A stretch of DNA of 40,510 nucleotides from positions 1 through 40,510 of the forward strand of contig CAZSSN010000002.1 of assembly GCA_964609785.1 (NCBI GenBank), read 5' to 3'. The notes under the pieces were generated by a model that ran no database searches, was not told where the DNA came from, and saw only the letters and a program-made list of their open reading frames with translations. Both the position numbers and the translations under genes were made by a program. Positions 14,861-23,878 of the stretch are shown one piece after another (the first letter of the stretch is position 1; each line of letters opens with the position of its first letter). This stretch comes from an uncultured Candidatus Saccharibacteria bacterium (GTDB lineage Bacteria; Patescibacteriota; Doudnabacteria; UBA920).

Positions 14861-15992
14861 TATAAATAAAACAAAAAAAGTAATCTTTGTTGGCGGAGAA
14901 ACAGCTGGACCTGTTATGCCATTATTAGCTTTAGCAGATGCCTGGGTTAGTCAAGACTCAAAAATTGAGCCAGTCTTTTTAGATTTAAAGAAATCAGTTG
15001 CAGCCAGAATTGTTCCAGCCCGTGGCTACAAATTTAAAAAAATAACTTCAGGCAAACTCCGGCGCTATTGGTCTTTTAAAAATATTGTTTCACCTTTTTT
15101 AACTTTAATTGGGTTAATCCAGTCGCTTATTTTGCTGCTAACTCTAAAGCCGGAAGTAGTTGTTGGTGCTGGCGGTTATGTTCAAGTCCCAGTTATAGTC
15201 GCAGCGTGGCTTCTAAGAATCCCGAGAGTGATTCATCAGCAAGATATAGTCCCCACATTTTCAAATAGAATTTGTACCCCTTTTGCAAATAAAATAACTA
15301 CAACATTTGAAAAATCATTAAAGGATTTTCCTCAAGGTTCAGGTTTTGAAAAAAACTATTCACAATATACAAAAATTGAGTGGACCGGTAACCCAACAGA
15401 ACTAAATAACGTTTCCCCAACAGATGAAGAAAGAAACGTCGCTCGTAATTTATTTAAGCTCGATCACGATTGGCCGACAGTATTAGTAATTGGTGGTGGC
15501 AGCGGAGCCCGAGGATTAAATGCGGCATTGGAGCATAACTTGCCCGAACTATTGAAAGTTGCCCAGGTTATTCATAGTACTGGACCAGGGAAGTTGATTA
15601 ACCCAGCCATAGACATAGCGCATGGCCACGACAGGTATCATCAATACGAGTTCATTAATAAAGTTGATCAGGCATACATGGCAGCTGACATTGTAATCAG
15701 CCGGGCAGGTATAGGGGCTATTACGGCATTGTCTGCTTTGCGAAAACTTAGTATTATTGTGCCAATGCCAGAAACTCATCAAGAGTGGAACGCTCAGTAT
15801 TTATACGATAAAAACGCAGCTATTATTTTAGATGAAAAGGATATAACCCCAGATACTTTAGCAAAAGGTGTTCGTAAAATCCTCTTTGATAAAGAACTTC
15901 AGGAAGAAATGCAAAAGAATATCCATTCAATAATGCCGCCTAACGCAACAGAAAAAATGTTAACTGTAATAAAGAAAGTTATTCATGAATAG
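14841..15992 (+). CDS. murG: MurG-like GT28 glycosyltransferase (lipid I to lipid II GlcNAc transferase), divergent N-terminal G-loop
   Basis: GGGSGARGLN, ISRAGIGAITAL...IIVPMP and QEWNAQYL match MurG C-domain motifs. The N-terminus reads GGETAGPVMP instead of the canonical GGTGGH. An alternative start ATG at 14853 gives an 8-nt overlap with the upstream GT. Confidence 0.7.
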   Translation: MNQKMNSINKTKKVIFVGGETAGPVMPLLALADAWVSQDSKIEPVFLDLKKSVAARIVPARGYKFKKITSGKLRRYWSFKNIVSPFLTLIGLIQSLILLLTLKPEVVVGAGGYVQVPVIVAAWLLRIPRVIHQQDIVPTFSNRICTPFANKITTTFEKSLKDFPQGSGFEKNYSQYTKIEWTGNPTELNNVSPTDEERNVARNLFKLDHDWPTVLVIGGGSGARGLNAALEHNLPELLKVAQVIHSTGPGKLINPAIDIAHGHDRYHQYEFINKVDQAYMAADIVISRAGIGAITALSALRKLSIIVPMPETHQEWNAQYLYDKNAAIILDEKDITPDTLAKGVRKILFDKELQEEMQKNIHSIMPPNATEKMLTVIKKVIHE

Positions 15993-17061
15993 AAACAGTA
16001 TCCCACATTCAAAGAATAGACCAACGGTAGGATTTGCTTTCAGTGGTGCTTCATCACGAAGCGTATTTTACATTGGATTCCTAGAAGTTCTTGAAGAGAA
16101 TGGTTTTCCAATTGATTACATTTCAGCAATGTCTGGTGGCGCAGTAGTGGCTGCAAGTTTTGCTTGCGGTACCTTGCCTGCTCTTAAACAAATGGCTTTG
16201 GGAATGGATAAAGAGCTAATTTTCAATTTAATTGAAAGAAGCAAAGGCCGTGGAGGTCTGTATCATTTAGATAAAGTTGAAGCCTTGCTTCGAGTTTATA
16301 CAAAGAACAAAAAGTTTGAAGAAGTGAACCCAAGATTAAGTTTTGTTACAACTGATATCTCTGCTACAGACCCTAAAAACTCTGAGGTGACTTTACAAGT
16401 TGGTGATATAGCCAAAGCTGTTTGTGCATCTTGCACATTGCCGGGAGTTTTCCAGCCTTTTGAATGGGGGAATAAACAACTCCTTGATGGAGGTATAATT
16501 AACATAGTGCCAGGAAACGTAGCGCGTGAGGCGAACATGGATGTTGTAATTGGTGTAGATATGCGTGCAACTAGGCACATATTTAGCTCGTGGCAAATCA
16601 TGCTGAAAAAGAGTCTTGATTTAATTAAGCAGATATTGTGGCCTAGTCAGATTAATCAACTTTGGAGAAACTTTAAAGGCATTTTAGATTATGAAGATGC
16701 TCTAGGTGCTTATGAAAATGTAGACCGCTTACACGATAAGACTTTGTATCCTGGTATCTTTACAGTTTTAGATAAAGCCATTGGCCTGGCTATTAAAGCC
16801 CAGAAAGAGCAAGAAAAAGATGAAAATTATAATTGCGATATAATCCTTACTCCAGATGTTGCGCCACCTACTTTTTGGAAACGTTATCTATATTTGCATT
16901 TCACAGATTTCAGTAGCACTGAAGAATATTATAAAGCAGGTAGAAGAGTGGCGTTGCAGAATCTTCCACAGCTTTGGCAGCTACTGTCCGATAAAGAAAC
17001 AGAGATAAATAATCGCGAAGAGAAAGTGAAGAATTTACTAAAAACCACAATTAATAATTAA
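15985..17061 (+). CDS. Patatin-like phospholipase family protein
   Basis: Oxyanion region FSGASSRS, nucleophile elbow AMSGG (GxSxG variant), and catalytic Asp in LLDGGIINIVP. 8-nt overlap with murG and 3-nt gap to murC. Confidence 0.8.
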   Translation: MNRNSIPHSKNRPTVGFAFSGASSRSVFYIGFLEVLEENGFPIDYISAMSGGAVVAASFACGTLPALKQMALGMDKELIFNLIERSKGRGGLYHLDKVEALLRVYTKNKKFEEVNPRLSFVTTDISATDPKNSEVTLQVGDIAKAVCASCTLPGVFQPFEWGNKQLLDGGIINIVPGNVAREANMDVVIGVDMRATRHIFSSWQIMLKKSLDLIKQILWPSQINQLWRNFKGILDYEDALGAYENVDRLHDKTLYPGIFTVLDKAIGLAIKAQKEQEKDENYNCDIILTPDVAPPTFWKRYLYLHFTDFSSTEEYYKAGRRVALQNLPQLWQLLSDKETEINNREEKVKNLLKTTINN

Positions 17062-17064
17062 GGG

Positions 17065-18510
17065 ATGAATTACTCAGAAAATTTAGACCTCCTAGAAGGA
17101 GTAAAATCCATATATTTCATTGGTATTGGTGGTGTGGGAATGTCAGCTGCTGCTGGTATTGCCGCTCAACTAGGCTTTGAGGTGCGTGGCAGTGATAGTA
17201 AAGAGTTATACGACCCGGCAAAGCAAGTTTTAGAATCAAACGGCATAGAATATGTTGCTGGTTATGCGGTAGAAAATATTCAGGAGAACTCTGCAGATTT
17301 ATACATCGCTTCTTCCGGAGAAAGCGAATCGAACCCTGAAGTGGCTTACTTAGTTGAACGTGGAATTCAAGTTCATTCTTTCAGTGAACTTTTAGCAGCA
17401 CTTTCTCAAGAAAAATTGCGCGTTGTTGTTGCGGGAACTCATGGGAAGTCAACCACAACTGGAATGCTAGGGAAAACTTTACAAGAAATTGATGACTCTT
17501 CGTATATGACTGGTGCAGTTCTTCAGCACGAAGAAACAAACTTTCATGTGGGAGAAGGACACTATTTTGTGTTTGAAGGCGATGAATACAAAGCACTTTA
17601 TGATGACCCAATTCCTAAGTTTCATCAGTATAAAGCAGATATTTTAGTTCTAACCAATTTAGAGTTTGATCATCCAGATATTTTCTCTTCATTAGAAGAA
17701 ATGCAAGATGAGTTCCGTCAGCTTATCGCAGCGCTTCCAAGTGATGGAGTCGCTGTTTATAACGCAGATGATATTTCCCTGGCAATGTTGATGCATGAAA
17801 ATAATGTCGGCCAAGTTTCTTTCGCGTTGAATAACCCGGCTGACTTCCGAGCGACTAACTTGGTTGCAAATGAAACTGGTACATCTTTCGATGTAGCTTG
17901 GACAAAGATCAAACCTGGCACAACAGAAAAGTCTGAACCAATTATTGAAAACTACCATATTAATTTATTTGGTGATATTAACGTTTACAACGCTTTAGGA
18001 GTAATTGCATTGCTGCGTACTTTAGGATTCTCTCAAGAGCAAGTTCAAGATGGAATCTCTTCTTACTATGGAGTTAAACGTCGTTTTGAACTCATTGGAG
18101 AAAATAATGGCGTAACTATTTATGATGACTATGCGCATCACCCAACAGCTGTTTTAGAAACACTTAAAGCCGCTCGCACTAAGTTTCCAGACAAGAAAAT
18201 CTGGGCTGTATTCGAACCTCATACTTACAGCCGAACATCTGCGACTTTAGAAGAGTTAGCAAAGTCTTTTGGGTCGGCAGATGAAGTTCTGTTAGCAGAA
18301 ATTTATCCTGCTCGTGAAGTAAAAACTGCTGAAAGTATTACAGGCACTCAAGTTGTTGATGCCATAAGTAAGCATCATGAGCATGTTCGCTTAGTTGAGG
18401 ATAAAAAAGCAGCTTTGGCCTTACTTAAGGGCGAATTAAAGCCTGGAGATGTAGTTATTGTGATGGCTGTGGGCAACTTTAATCTCCTTGCCCAAGATCT
18501 GATGGTATAA
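17065..18510 (+). CDS. murC: UDP-N-acetylmuramate--L-alanine ligase
   Basis: FIGIGGVGMSAAA N-terminal Rossmann motif, GTHGKSTTT P-loop, DDYAHHP. Confidence 0.92.
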   Translation: MNYSENLDLLEGVKSIYFIGIGGVGMSAAAGIAAQLGFEVRGSDSKELYDPAKQVLESNGIEYVAGYAVENIQENSADLYIASSGESESNPEVAYLVERGIQVHSFSELLAALSQEKLRVVVAGTHGKSTTTGMLGKTLQEIDDSSYMTGAVLQHEETNFHVGEGHYFVFEGDEYKALYDDPIPKFHQYKADILVLTNLEFDHPDIFSSLEEMQDEFRQLIAALPSDGVAVYNADDISLAMLMHENNVGQVSFALNNPADFRATNLVANETGTSFDVAWTKIKPGTTEKSEPIIENYHINLFGDINVYNALGVIALLRTLGFSQEQVQDGISSYYGVKRRFELIGENNGVTIYDDYAHHPTAVLETLKAARTKFPDKKIWAVFEPHTYSRTSATLEELAKSFGSADEVLLAEIYPAREVKTAESITGTQVVDAISKHHEHVRLVEDKKAALALLKGELKPGDVVIVMAVGNFNLLAQDLMV

Positions 18511-18552
18511 TTAGATTAAGATTAAGTAATTAAATAATAGAGGAGCAAAGCT

Positions 18553-18888
18553 ATGAATATTACTATCAAAGCTACAAACACTACGCTAACAGATGCGATC
18601 CGAAGCACTATTGAACAGAAATTGAGCTCCTTAGAAGGCTTTTTGAAGACAGAAGACAAGATTCACGTTGAAGTTGAAGAAGATACTCATCATAAAACTG
18701 GATTATTTAGCCGAGTAGAAGTGCAAATAGCGCCGCATGGCTACTATGCAGAAGCAAACGGCAATGACTTTTACGAAGCAATTGACTTAGTTTTGCCAAA
18801 GATTAAGCAGCAAATGACTAAAACTAAAGATAAACGCCTTAGTTTGAGACGTAAACTTGGCAACCTATTTAAACGTAGTCAAAACTAG
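18553..18888 (+). CDS. hpf: Ribosome hibernation promoting factor / RaiA family (short form)
   Basis: MNITIKATNTTLTDAIRSTIEQKL..., about 110 aa, with a strong SD (GAGGAG). Confidence 0.8.
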   Translation: MNITIKATNTTLTDAIRSTIEQKLSSLEGFLKTEDKIHVEVEEDTHHKTGLFSRVEVQIAPHGYYAEANGNDFYEAIDLVLPKIKQQMTKTKDKRLSLRRKLGNLFKRSQN

Positions 18889-19580
18889 TGGCACAATTTG
18901 ATGTTTGGGAAAAAGAATACCGCAATCCACAGTTAATTACTAACTCAGATGAGCCACAGTTAGATTTTAAACATTATATTAAGTGGCTTCGCAAAACAGA
19001 GCACGTAGACCTAGGCGGTTTGCGTGTTTTGGATTTGGGCAGTGGTACAGGCAAGAACAGTTTGTTTCTTGCGGAGCGGGGAAGTGACGTAGTAGGAATT
19101 GAGCTCTCCACAACAGCAGTTAAGATTGCTGAGCAACGTTCCGAGGAACGCGGGCTGTTCGCAGAATTTATTGAAGGAAGTTTTGGCAACAAGTTTAATT
19201 TTAAAGATGATGAATTCGATTTAATTTTAGATGTTGTTTCATCTATGTCACTTTCTGAAAAAGAACGAACTAAGTACGTTTCTGAATGTTTACGTGTTCT
19301 AAAACCAGGCGGCCACATGTTTATCAAAACTTTGTGTAAAGATGGCGATAAGAACGCAGAGTACATGCTGGAACATTTTCCTGGCAAAGAAAAAGACACG
19401 TACGTAATGCCGGGGACCGGAATCACAGAACGTGTCTTTAGTAGAGAAGACATTGAATCGCTATATAGCGAATTCAACATACAAGAGTTAGAACGCAAGC
19501 ACAGCTATACCATCATCGACGGCAAGCCATACAAACGCCAGTTTTGGCTACTGAAACTTACAACACCAAGAGTTTCCTGA
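18888..19580 (+). CDS. Class I SAM-dependent methyltransferase
   Basis: VLDLGSGTGKNS motif I, acidic post-I residue (GIELS), LKPGG. GTG start overlapping the hpf stop. Confidence 0.8.
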   Translation: MAQFDVWEKEYRNPQLITNSDEPQLDFKHYIKWLRKTEHVDLGGLRVLDLGSGTGKNSLFLAERGSDVVGIELSTTAVKIAEQRSEERGLFAEFIEGSFGNKFNFKDDEFDLILDVVSSMSLSEKERTKYVSECLRVLKPGGHMFIKTLCKDGDKNAEYMLEHFPGKEKDTYVMPGTGITERVFSREDIESLYSEFNIQELERKHSYTIIDGKPYKRQFWLLKLTTPRVS

Positions 19581-19817
19581 ATCAGTTATCTCTAAAACTC
19601 TAAGACCATGAATTGCTGCTAGAAATCTACACAGGTCCTCGAAGTCTCTTCTGGTTTCAATGAATTCCAGGCCAACTTTGTTCTTAAACGCACCATCAAC
19701 CTTAAAATCCAAAACCTTGTTACCTCTGAAAAAAGAAGCTTCTTTAGTTTGAGTGTGCAACCTAAGGATGTCATCAGATTCAATCACAGTTTCTCTGTCT
19801 CTAGTTGTATCGATCAT
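19548..19817 (-). CDS. Hypothetical 89-aa protein
   Basis: Complete expression signals: promoter at 19848-19876 and GGAGGA 7 nt upstream of the ATG. No family recognised. The 3' end overlaps the convergent methyltransferase gene by 33 nt. Confidence 0.55.
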   Translation of the reverse strand: MIDTTRDRETVIESDDILRLHTQTKEASFFRGNKVLDFKVDGAFKNKVGLEFIETRRDFEDLCRFLAAIHGLRVLEITDSGNSWCCKFQ

Positions 19818-19847
19818 AACAAATTCCTCCGATCCTTATCCAAATTT

Positions 19848-19876
19848 ATTAAATCACAAAAATGAGTCATTGTCAA
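19848..19876 (-). promoter_or_regulatory. Promoter of the 89-aa ORF
   Basis: Minus strand: TTGACA (19876-19871), 17-nt spacer, TTTAAT (19853-19848). Confidence 0.55.
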
Positions 19877-19896
19877 TAGGACTCACTGCCAAATAG

Positions 19897-19905
19897 TGCT
19901 ATAAT
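19897..19905 (+). promoter_or_regulatory. Extended -10 promoter (TGcTATAAT) upstream of secA
   Basis: TGCTATAAT at 19897-19905, about 58 nt upstream of the secA ATG. Confidence 0.5.
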
Positions 19906-19963
19906 TAATCGAAATTCCCATGAATGCTTGGGTTTTTATATCTCTATTATTACTTATATTTAC

Positions 19964-22774
19964 ATGTCATTCATTACAAACCTATTTCGAGCTGCAAAAG
20001 GTGATCCTCTAGCTAAATATGCATCCGAAATTGCTAAAATTAATAGCTATAAAGAAGAGATTGCAGCACTTTCTGACCAAGCCATTAAAGAAGAAATCCA
20101 AAAATATAAATCTGAGTTAGCTGAAATCCCAGCTGGTGAGGAACATCAAGATAAAATTTTTAAAAAACTTTCCGAGCTTCGTCCTCGGGTTTTTGCGTTG
20201 ACTCGCGAAGCTTCCAAAAGAGCACGTGGCCAGTTCCACTATGAAGTACAACTTGCAGGTGGTATTGCATTAGCAGAAGGTAAGATTGCGGAAATGAAGA
20301 CTGGTGAAGGTAAAACCTTAACAGCGACTTTGCCAATTGCACTTTTTGCTTTAGCTGGGCGCGGTACTCATCTTGTAACTGTTAACGACTACTTGGCTCG
20401 TTGGCAAGCAAGTGATATGGGTAAAGTTTATGATCAGCTTGGTCTGACAGTTGCCAGTATCCAACATGAAGCATCTTTTAAATACGACACTAGCTATCAA
20501 CCTGAGCAAGAAGAAATTGATCGCATAGAAGGCGAAACTCAAGGTTTAGTTTTGGATGTAAAGCATATGCGCCCTGTTTCTCGACAAGAAGCTTACGCCG
20601 CAGACATCACTTACGGTACAAACAACGAATATGGTTTTGATTACTTGCGCGATAACATGGTCCAGCAAGTATCTGCTCTTCGTCAACGGGAACTGTTCTT
20701 TGTAATTGTAGATGAAGTCGACAGCATTTTAATTGATGAAGCCCGTACTCCTCTAATTATTTCTCAACCAGATACAGATCCAACAGATAAATACGTTGAA
20801 TTTTCTAAACTAGTTCTTCGTTTGCAAGAAAATGAAGATTACAATGTTGATGAAAAGCATAAAGCAGCTAATCTTACAGATGAAGGCATAGATAAAATCC
20901 AAAAGATTTTAAATATAGAAAACATTTACGACACTACCAAAGGTGTGACGACTCTTCATCATATTGAACAGGCTTTACGTGCAAAGACTTTATATTTGAA
21001 AGATCGTGACTATGTTGCTCGTGATGGTGAAATTGTCATTGTAGATGAATTCACTGGTCGTTTAATGTTTGGTCGTCGATATTCAGAAGGTTTGCACCAA
21101 GCCATCGAAGCAAAAGAAGGGGTGAAGATTCAGCAAGAAAGCAAAACTCTTGCGACTATTACTTTCCAAAACTTATTCCGTTTGTACGGACGTCTTTCTG
21201 GTATGACTGGTACAGCTAAAACTGAAGAAGAAGAATTCTTTAAGATCTATCAATTAGAGGTTGTGCAAATCCCGACTAACAACGAAATGATTCGTAAAGA
21301 TCTTTCCGATTTAATTTATAAGAATGAAGAAGGTAAGTTTGCAGCGATTGCTAAAGATGTAAAAGAGCGTCATAAAAATGGTCAGCCAGTTTTGATTGGT
21401 ACTGTTAGCATCGCTAAGAACGAACTTTTAGCAGAATACTTGAAAAAAGAAGGTGTGCCATTCGAACTTTTGAATGCGAAAAACCATGAACGTGAAGCTC
21501 AAATTGTAGCTCAGGCTGGAAAGTTCGGAGCCGTAACACTTGCCACAAACATTGCTGGTCGTGGTGTGGACATTCTTCTAGGTGGAAACCCTGTAAATAA
21601 AGAAGAAGCTGAGAAAGTGCGCGAAGCCGGTGGTTTGGCTGTAATTGGTACAGAAAGACATGAATCACGCCGCATCGATAACCAGCTTCGTGGACGTGCT
21701 GGACGTCAGGGTGACCCAGGAAGCAGCCAATTCTACGTATCTATGGGAGATGACCTAATGCGCCTATTCGGTGGCGAAAAGATGCAAAGCATGATGACTA
21801 CTTTGCGTATTGCGGATGATCAACCAGTTGAAGCCAAATTAGTATCCCGTTCTATTGAATCTGCTCAGAAGAAAATTGAAGGTTTGAACTTCGATACTCG
21901 TAAACACGTACTTGAGTTTGATGATGTTTTGAATAGTCAGCGCACCGTTGTATACAAGCGTCGCCGTCAGTATCTTGCAGGTCAAACAGAAAAGTTTGAT
22001 GTTAAATCTCAAATCCTAGAAATGCTTCGCGATGAAATTGAATACATCGTTGAAAGTAACTTTGAAGCTCAAGATAACGAAGAGCTAGCCTTAAAGGAAA
22101 TCTTTGAGACGGTAAACACTATTTTCCCGATCGCAGATTCTGTTAAACAAACTGCTCAAGAAGCGATGGCAAATGCTGCTAACCGTGAATTTGTGTTAAT
22201 CGACGAGCTGTACAATAGCGCTGTTAATGTTTTGGAAGAAAGAGAAGCTGAGATTGGCGCTGAACAGTATCGAGACATCATGTGCTACATGAATTTGCAG
22301 GCAATCGATACATTGTGGATGGAGCACTTGGATACCATGGATCATTTGCGAGATTCAGTGCGTTTGCGTGGCTATGGCCAACGAGATCCTTTGGTGGAAT
22401 ACAAGCGTGAAGGTTTCCAATTATTCCAACGTTTACTTGCAGAAATAGACAAGCAAGTAATCTATTCTATTTTAAAAGTTCATACTCACGAAGCTCCTCA
22501 AGCTCAGGCTGGTGGACCGTCTAACATCGTCTTGTCAGGCAGTGATGCAGCTGCGAACTCTTTAGGTGATGGTGCAAATAACGGTACGACTCCCAAACAA
22601 CAAGTAGTTGACGCAAATGCAGATACTGATCCTCGAGCACAAGGAATTGGCCGTAACGATAAATGCTACTGTGGTAGCGGGGCAAAATACAAGAAGTGCG
22701 GATTGGTTAATTCTCCTGAACATAAAAAGAATTTAGCAGGCGGGTCAAGCACTCACGCCGTAACTGGAGGGTAA
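19964..22774 (+). CDS. secA: Preprotein translocase ATPase SecA
   Basis: MSFITNLFRAAKG... N-terminus, MKTGEGKT Walker A, VDEVDSILIDEARTPLII DEAD-like motif, TNIAGRGVDI, and C-terminal zinc finger CYCGSGAKYKKCG. The track TTG start at 19928 adds 12 non-conserved residues, so I prefer the ATG at 19964. Confidence 0.95.
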   Translation: MSFITNLFRAAKGDPLAKYASEIAKINSYKEEIAALSDQAIKEEIQKYKSELAEIPAGEEHQDKIFKKLSELRPRVFALTREASKRARGQFHYEVQLAGGIALAEGKIAEMKTGEGKTLTATLPIALFALAGRGTHLVTVNDYLARWQASDMGKVYDQLGLTVASIQHEASFKYDTSYQPEQEEIDRIEGETQGLVLDVKHMRPVSRQEAYAADITYGTNNEYGFDYLRDNMVQQVSALRQRELFFVIVDEVDSILIDEARTPLIISQPDTDPTDKYVEFSKLVLRLQENEDYNVDEKHKAANLTDEGIDKIQKILNIENIYDTTKGVTTLHHIEQALRAKTLYLKDRDYVARDGEIVIVDEFTGRLMFGRRYSEGLHQAIEAKEGVKIQQESKTLATITFQNLFRLYGRLSGMTGTAKTEEEEFFKIYQLEVVQIPTNNEMIRKDLSDLIYKNEEGKFAAIAKDVKERHKNGQPVLIGTVSIAKNELLAEYLKKEGVPFELLNAKNHEREAQIVAQAGKFGAVTLATNIAGRGVDILLGGNPVNKEEAEKVREAGGLAVIGTERHESRRIDNQLRGRAGRQGDPGSSQFYVSMGDDLMRLFGGEKMQSMMTTLRIADDQPVEAKLVSRSIESAQKKIEGLNFDTRKHVLEFDDVLNSQRTVVYKRRRQYLAGQTEKFDVKSQILEMLRDEIEYIVESNFEAQDNEELALKEIFETVNTIFPIADSVKQTAQEAMANAANREFVLIDELYNSAVNVLEEREAEIGAEQYRDIMCYMNLQAIDTLWMEHLDTMDHLRDSVRLRGYGQRDPLVEYKREGFQLFQRLLAEIDKQVIYSILKVHTHEAPQAQAGGPSNIVLSGSDAAANSLGDGANNGTTPKQQVVDANADTDPRAQGIGRNDKCYCGSGAKYKKCGLVNSPEHKKNLAGGSSTHAVTGG

Positions 22775-23326
22775 ATGATTACTCCCGAACGCCTTCAACA
22801 GCTTTTACCGGCATACGCAGAAGAAGTTAAGCTATTCTTTTATTCATATGGTTTGGCTGAATTGGTAATTGATTTACCAGTTGATCATGTTGCAATAAAA
22901 GGTCTCAATAAAGAAGTCTATGAACAATGCATAAATATGTATTTGCCTCTTTCGTCACGTCTTTCTCAAGAAAAAGTGGGGGAGCGTAATCTTGCGCTAT
23001 CAGTATTGAAAGAGCCATTAGATGCTGGCACGTTTGGCAAAGTGGGTTTGTTAGAAATAATGGAGCCAAAACCAGACGCTATTGCAACTACATATGATCT
23101 TATTGATCATATCGAGTTGATTGTTCCAGATTTGAAAGTCATAAAAGACAGCCTTGAATGGAAAGAGGTTGAGTTCAAAGAACAAGCCAACGAAGAACAC
23201 AGCGCGCTAGTTATTGAAGTAAACGAGTGGGGGCAAGAAGTTAAATTTACAACTCGCTCTTTGCAAGATATTGCTGATCAACAAATCAATGCAGGCGTAG
23301 CCAAAGTATTAACACCTAATGACTAA
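22775..23326 (+). CDS. VOC-superfamily, YecM-like protein
   Basis: By-eye similarity to E. coli YecM: DHVAIK, LLEIMEPKP, DHIELIVP, VKFTTRSLQDI. 1-nt gap after the secA stop. Confidence 0.45.
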   Translation: MITPERLQQLLPAYAEEVKLFFYSYGLAELVIDLPVDHVAIKGLNKEVYEQCINMYLPLSSRLSQEKVGERNLALSVLKEPLDAGTFGKVGLLEIMEPKPDAIATTYDLIDHIELIVPDLKVIKDSLEWKEVEFKEQANEEHSALVIEVNEWGQEVKFTTRSLQDIADQQINAGVAKVLTPND

Positions 23327-23876
23327 AAAACAAAAACTATTAAATGAAGTTTCGTCAGAAATTCTATCTTGCAAAACTTGTAACAAGCTCAAAAAAGGTG
23401 AGTTAGTACCAGGGGAAGGCAGTGCAAGTGCTGATATAGTTTTTGTGGGCGAAGCGCCTGGAAAAGAAGAGATTAAAACTGGTCGCCCGTTCATTGGTAG
23501 GGCTGGCAAAGTTTTAAGAGAGTTAATTGAAAGTGTAGGGTTAAAAGCAGAAGACGTTTTTATTACTAGCGCAGTTAAGTATTTACCAAAGACATACATT
23601 ACACCGAAAGATTCAGATATAGCGCACGGTCAAACCCATCTAAGTAAACAGTTAGATATAATTAAACCAAAAGTTGTTGTAATATTAGGTAATACCGCGG
23701 CACTTTCTGTACTAAAAGAAAAATTGTCAATCAGTGAAGTGCATGGAACTATCTTAGATAGAAATGGAATTAAATATTTCATTAGCTATCATCCAGCGGC
23801 ACCACTCTACTCACCTAAACTTAGGGAAGTAATTTTTAAGGATTTTAAGAAACTAAAGAGATTAATACAGAAATAA
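23319..23876 (+). CDS. Uracil-DNA glycosylase, family 4
   Basis: CKTC...GEGSASADIVFVGEAPGKEE (GEAPG motif), PFIGRAGKVL, C-terminal YHPAAPLY. Confidence 0.85.
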   Translation: MTKKQKLLNEVSSEILSCKTCNKLKKGELVPGEGSASADIVFVGEAPGKEEIKTGRPFIGRAGKVLRELIESVGLKAEDVFITSAVKYLPKTYITPKDSDIAHGQTHLSKQLDIIKPKVVVILGNTAALSVLKEKLSISEVHGTILDRNGIKYFISYHPAAPLYSPKLREVIFKDFKKLKRLIQK

Positions 23877-23878
23877 CC

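Noticed and set aside
18974-19498. 174-aa minus-strand ORF antisense to the methyltransferase gene
   Set aside because: It lies entirely inside a well-supported + strand gene with clear SAM-MTase motifs. The product is Ser/Pro/Leu/Arg-rich low-complexity sequence with no start signals. This is a typical antisense shadow ORF.
19928-19963. TTG-initiated 12-residue N-terminal extension of SecA
   Set aside because: The extension (MGFYISIITYIY) is not SecA-like, while the ATG at 19964 gives a typical SecA N-terminus. The region is instead discussed as a possible uORF/leader.
19964-22774. Intein or large insertion in SecA (937 aa from the preferred ATG start, 948 aa from the track start)
   Set aside because: The length is within the normal SecA range. 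All motor motifs are contiguous, and no intein block (C/S...HN) is visible.
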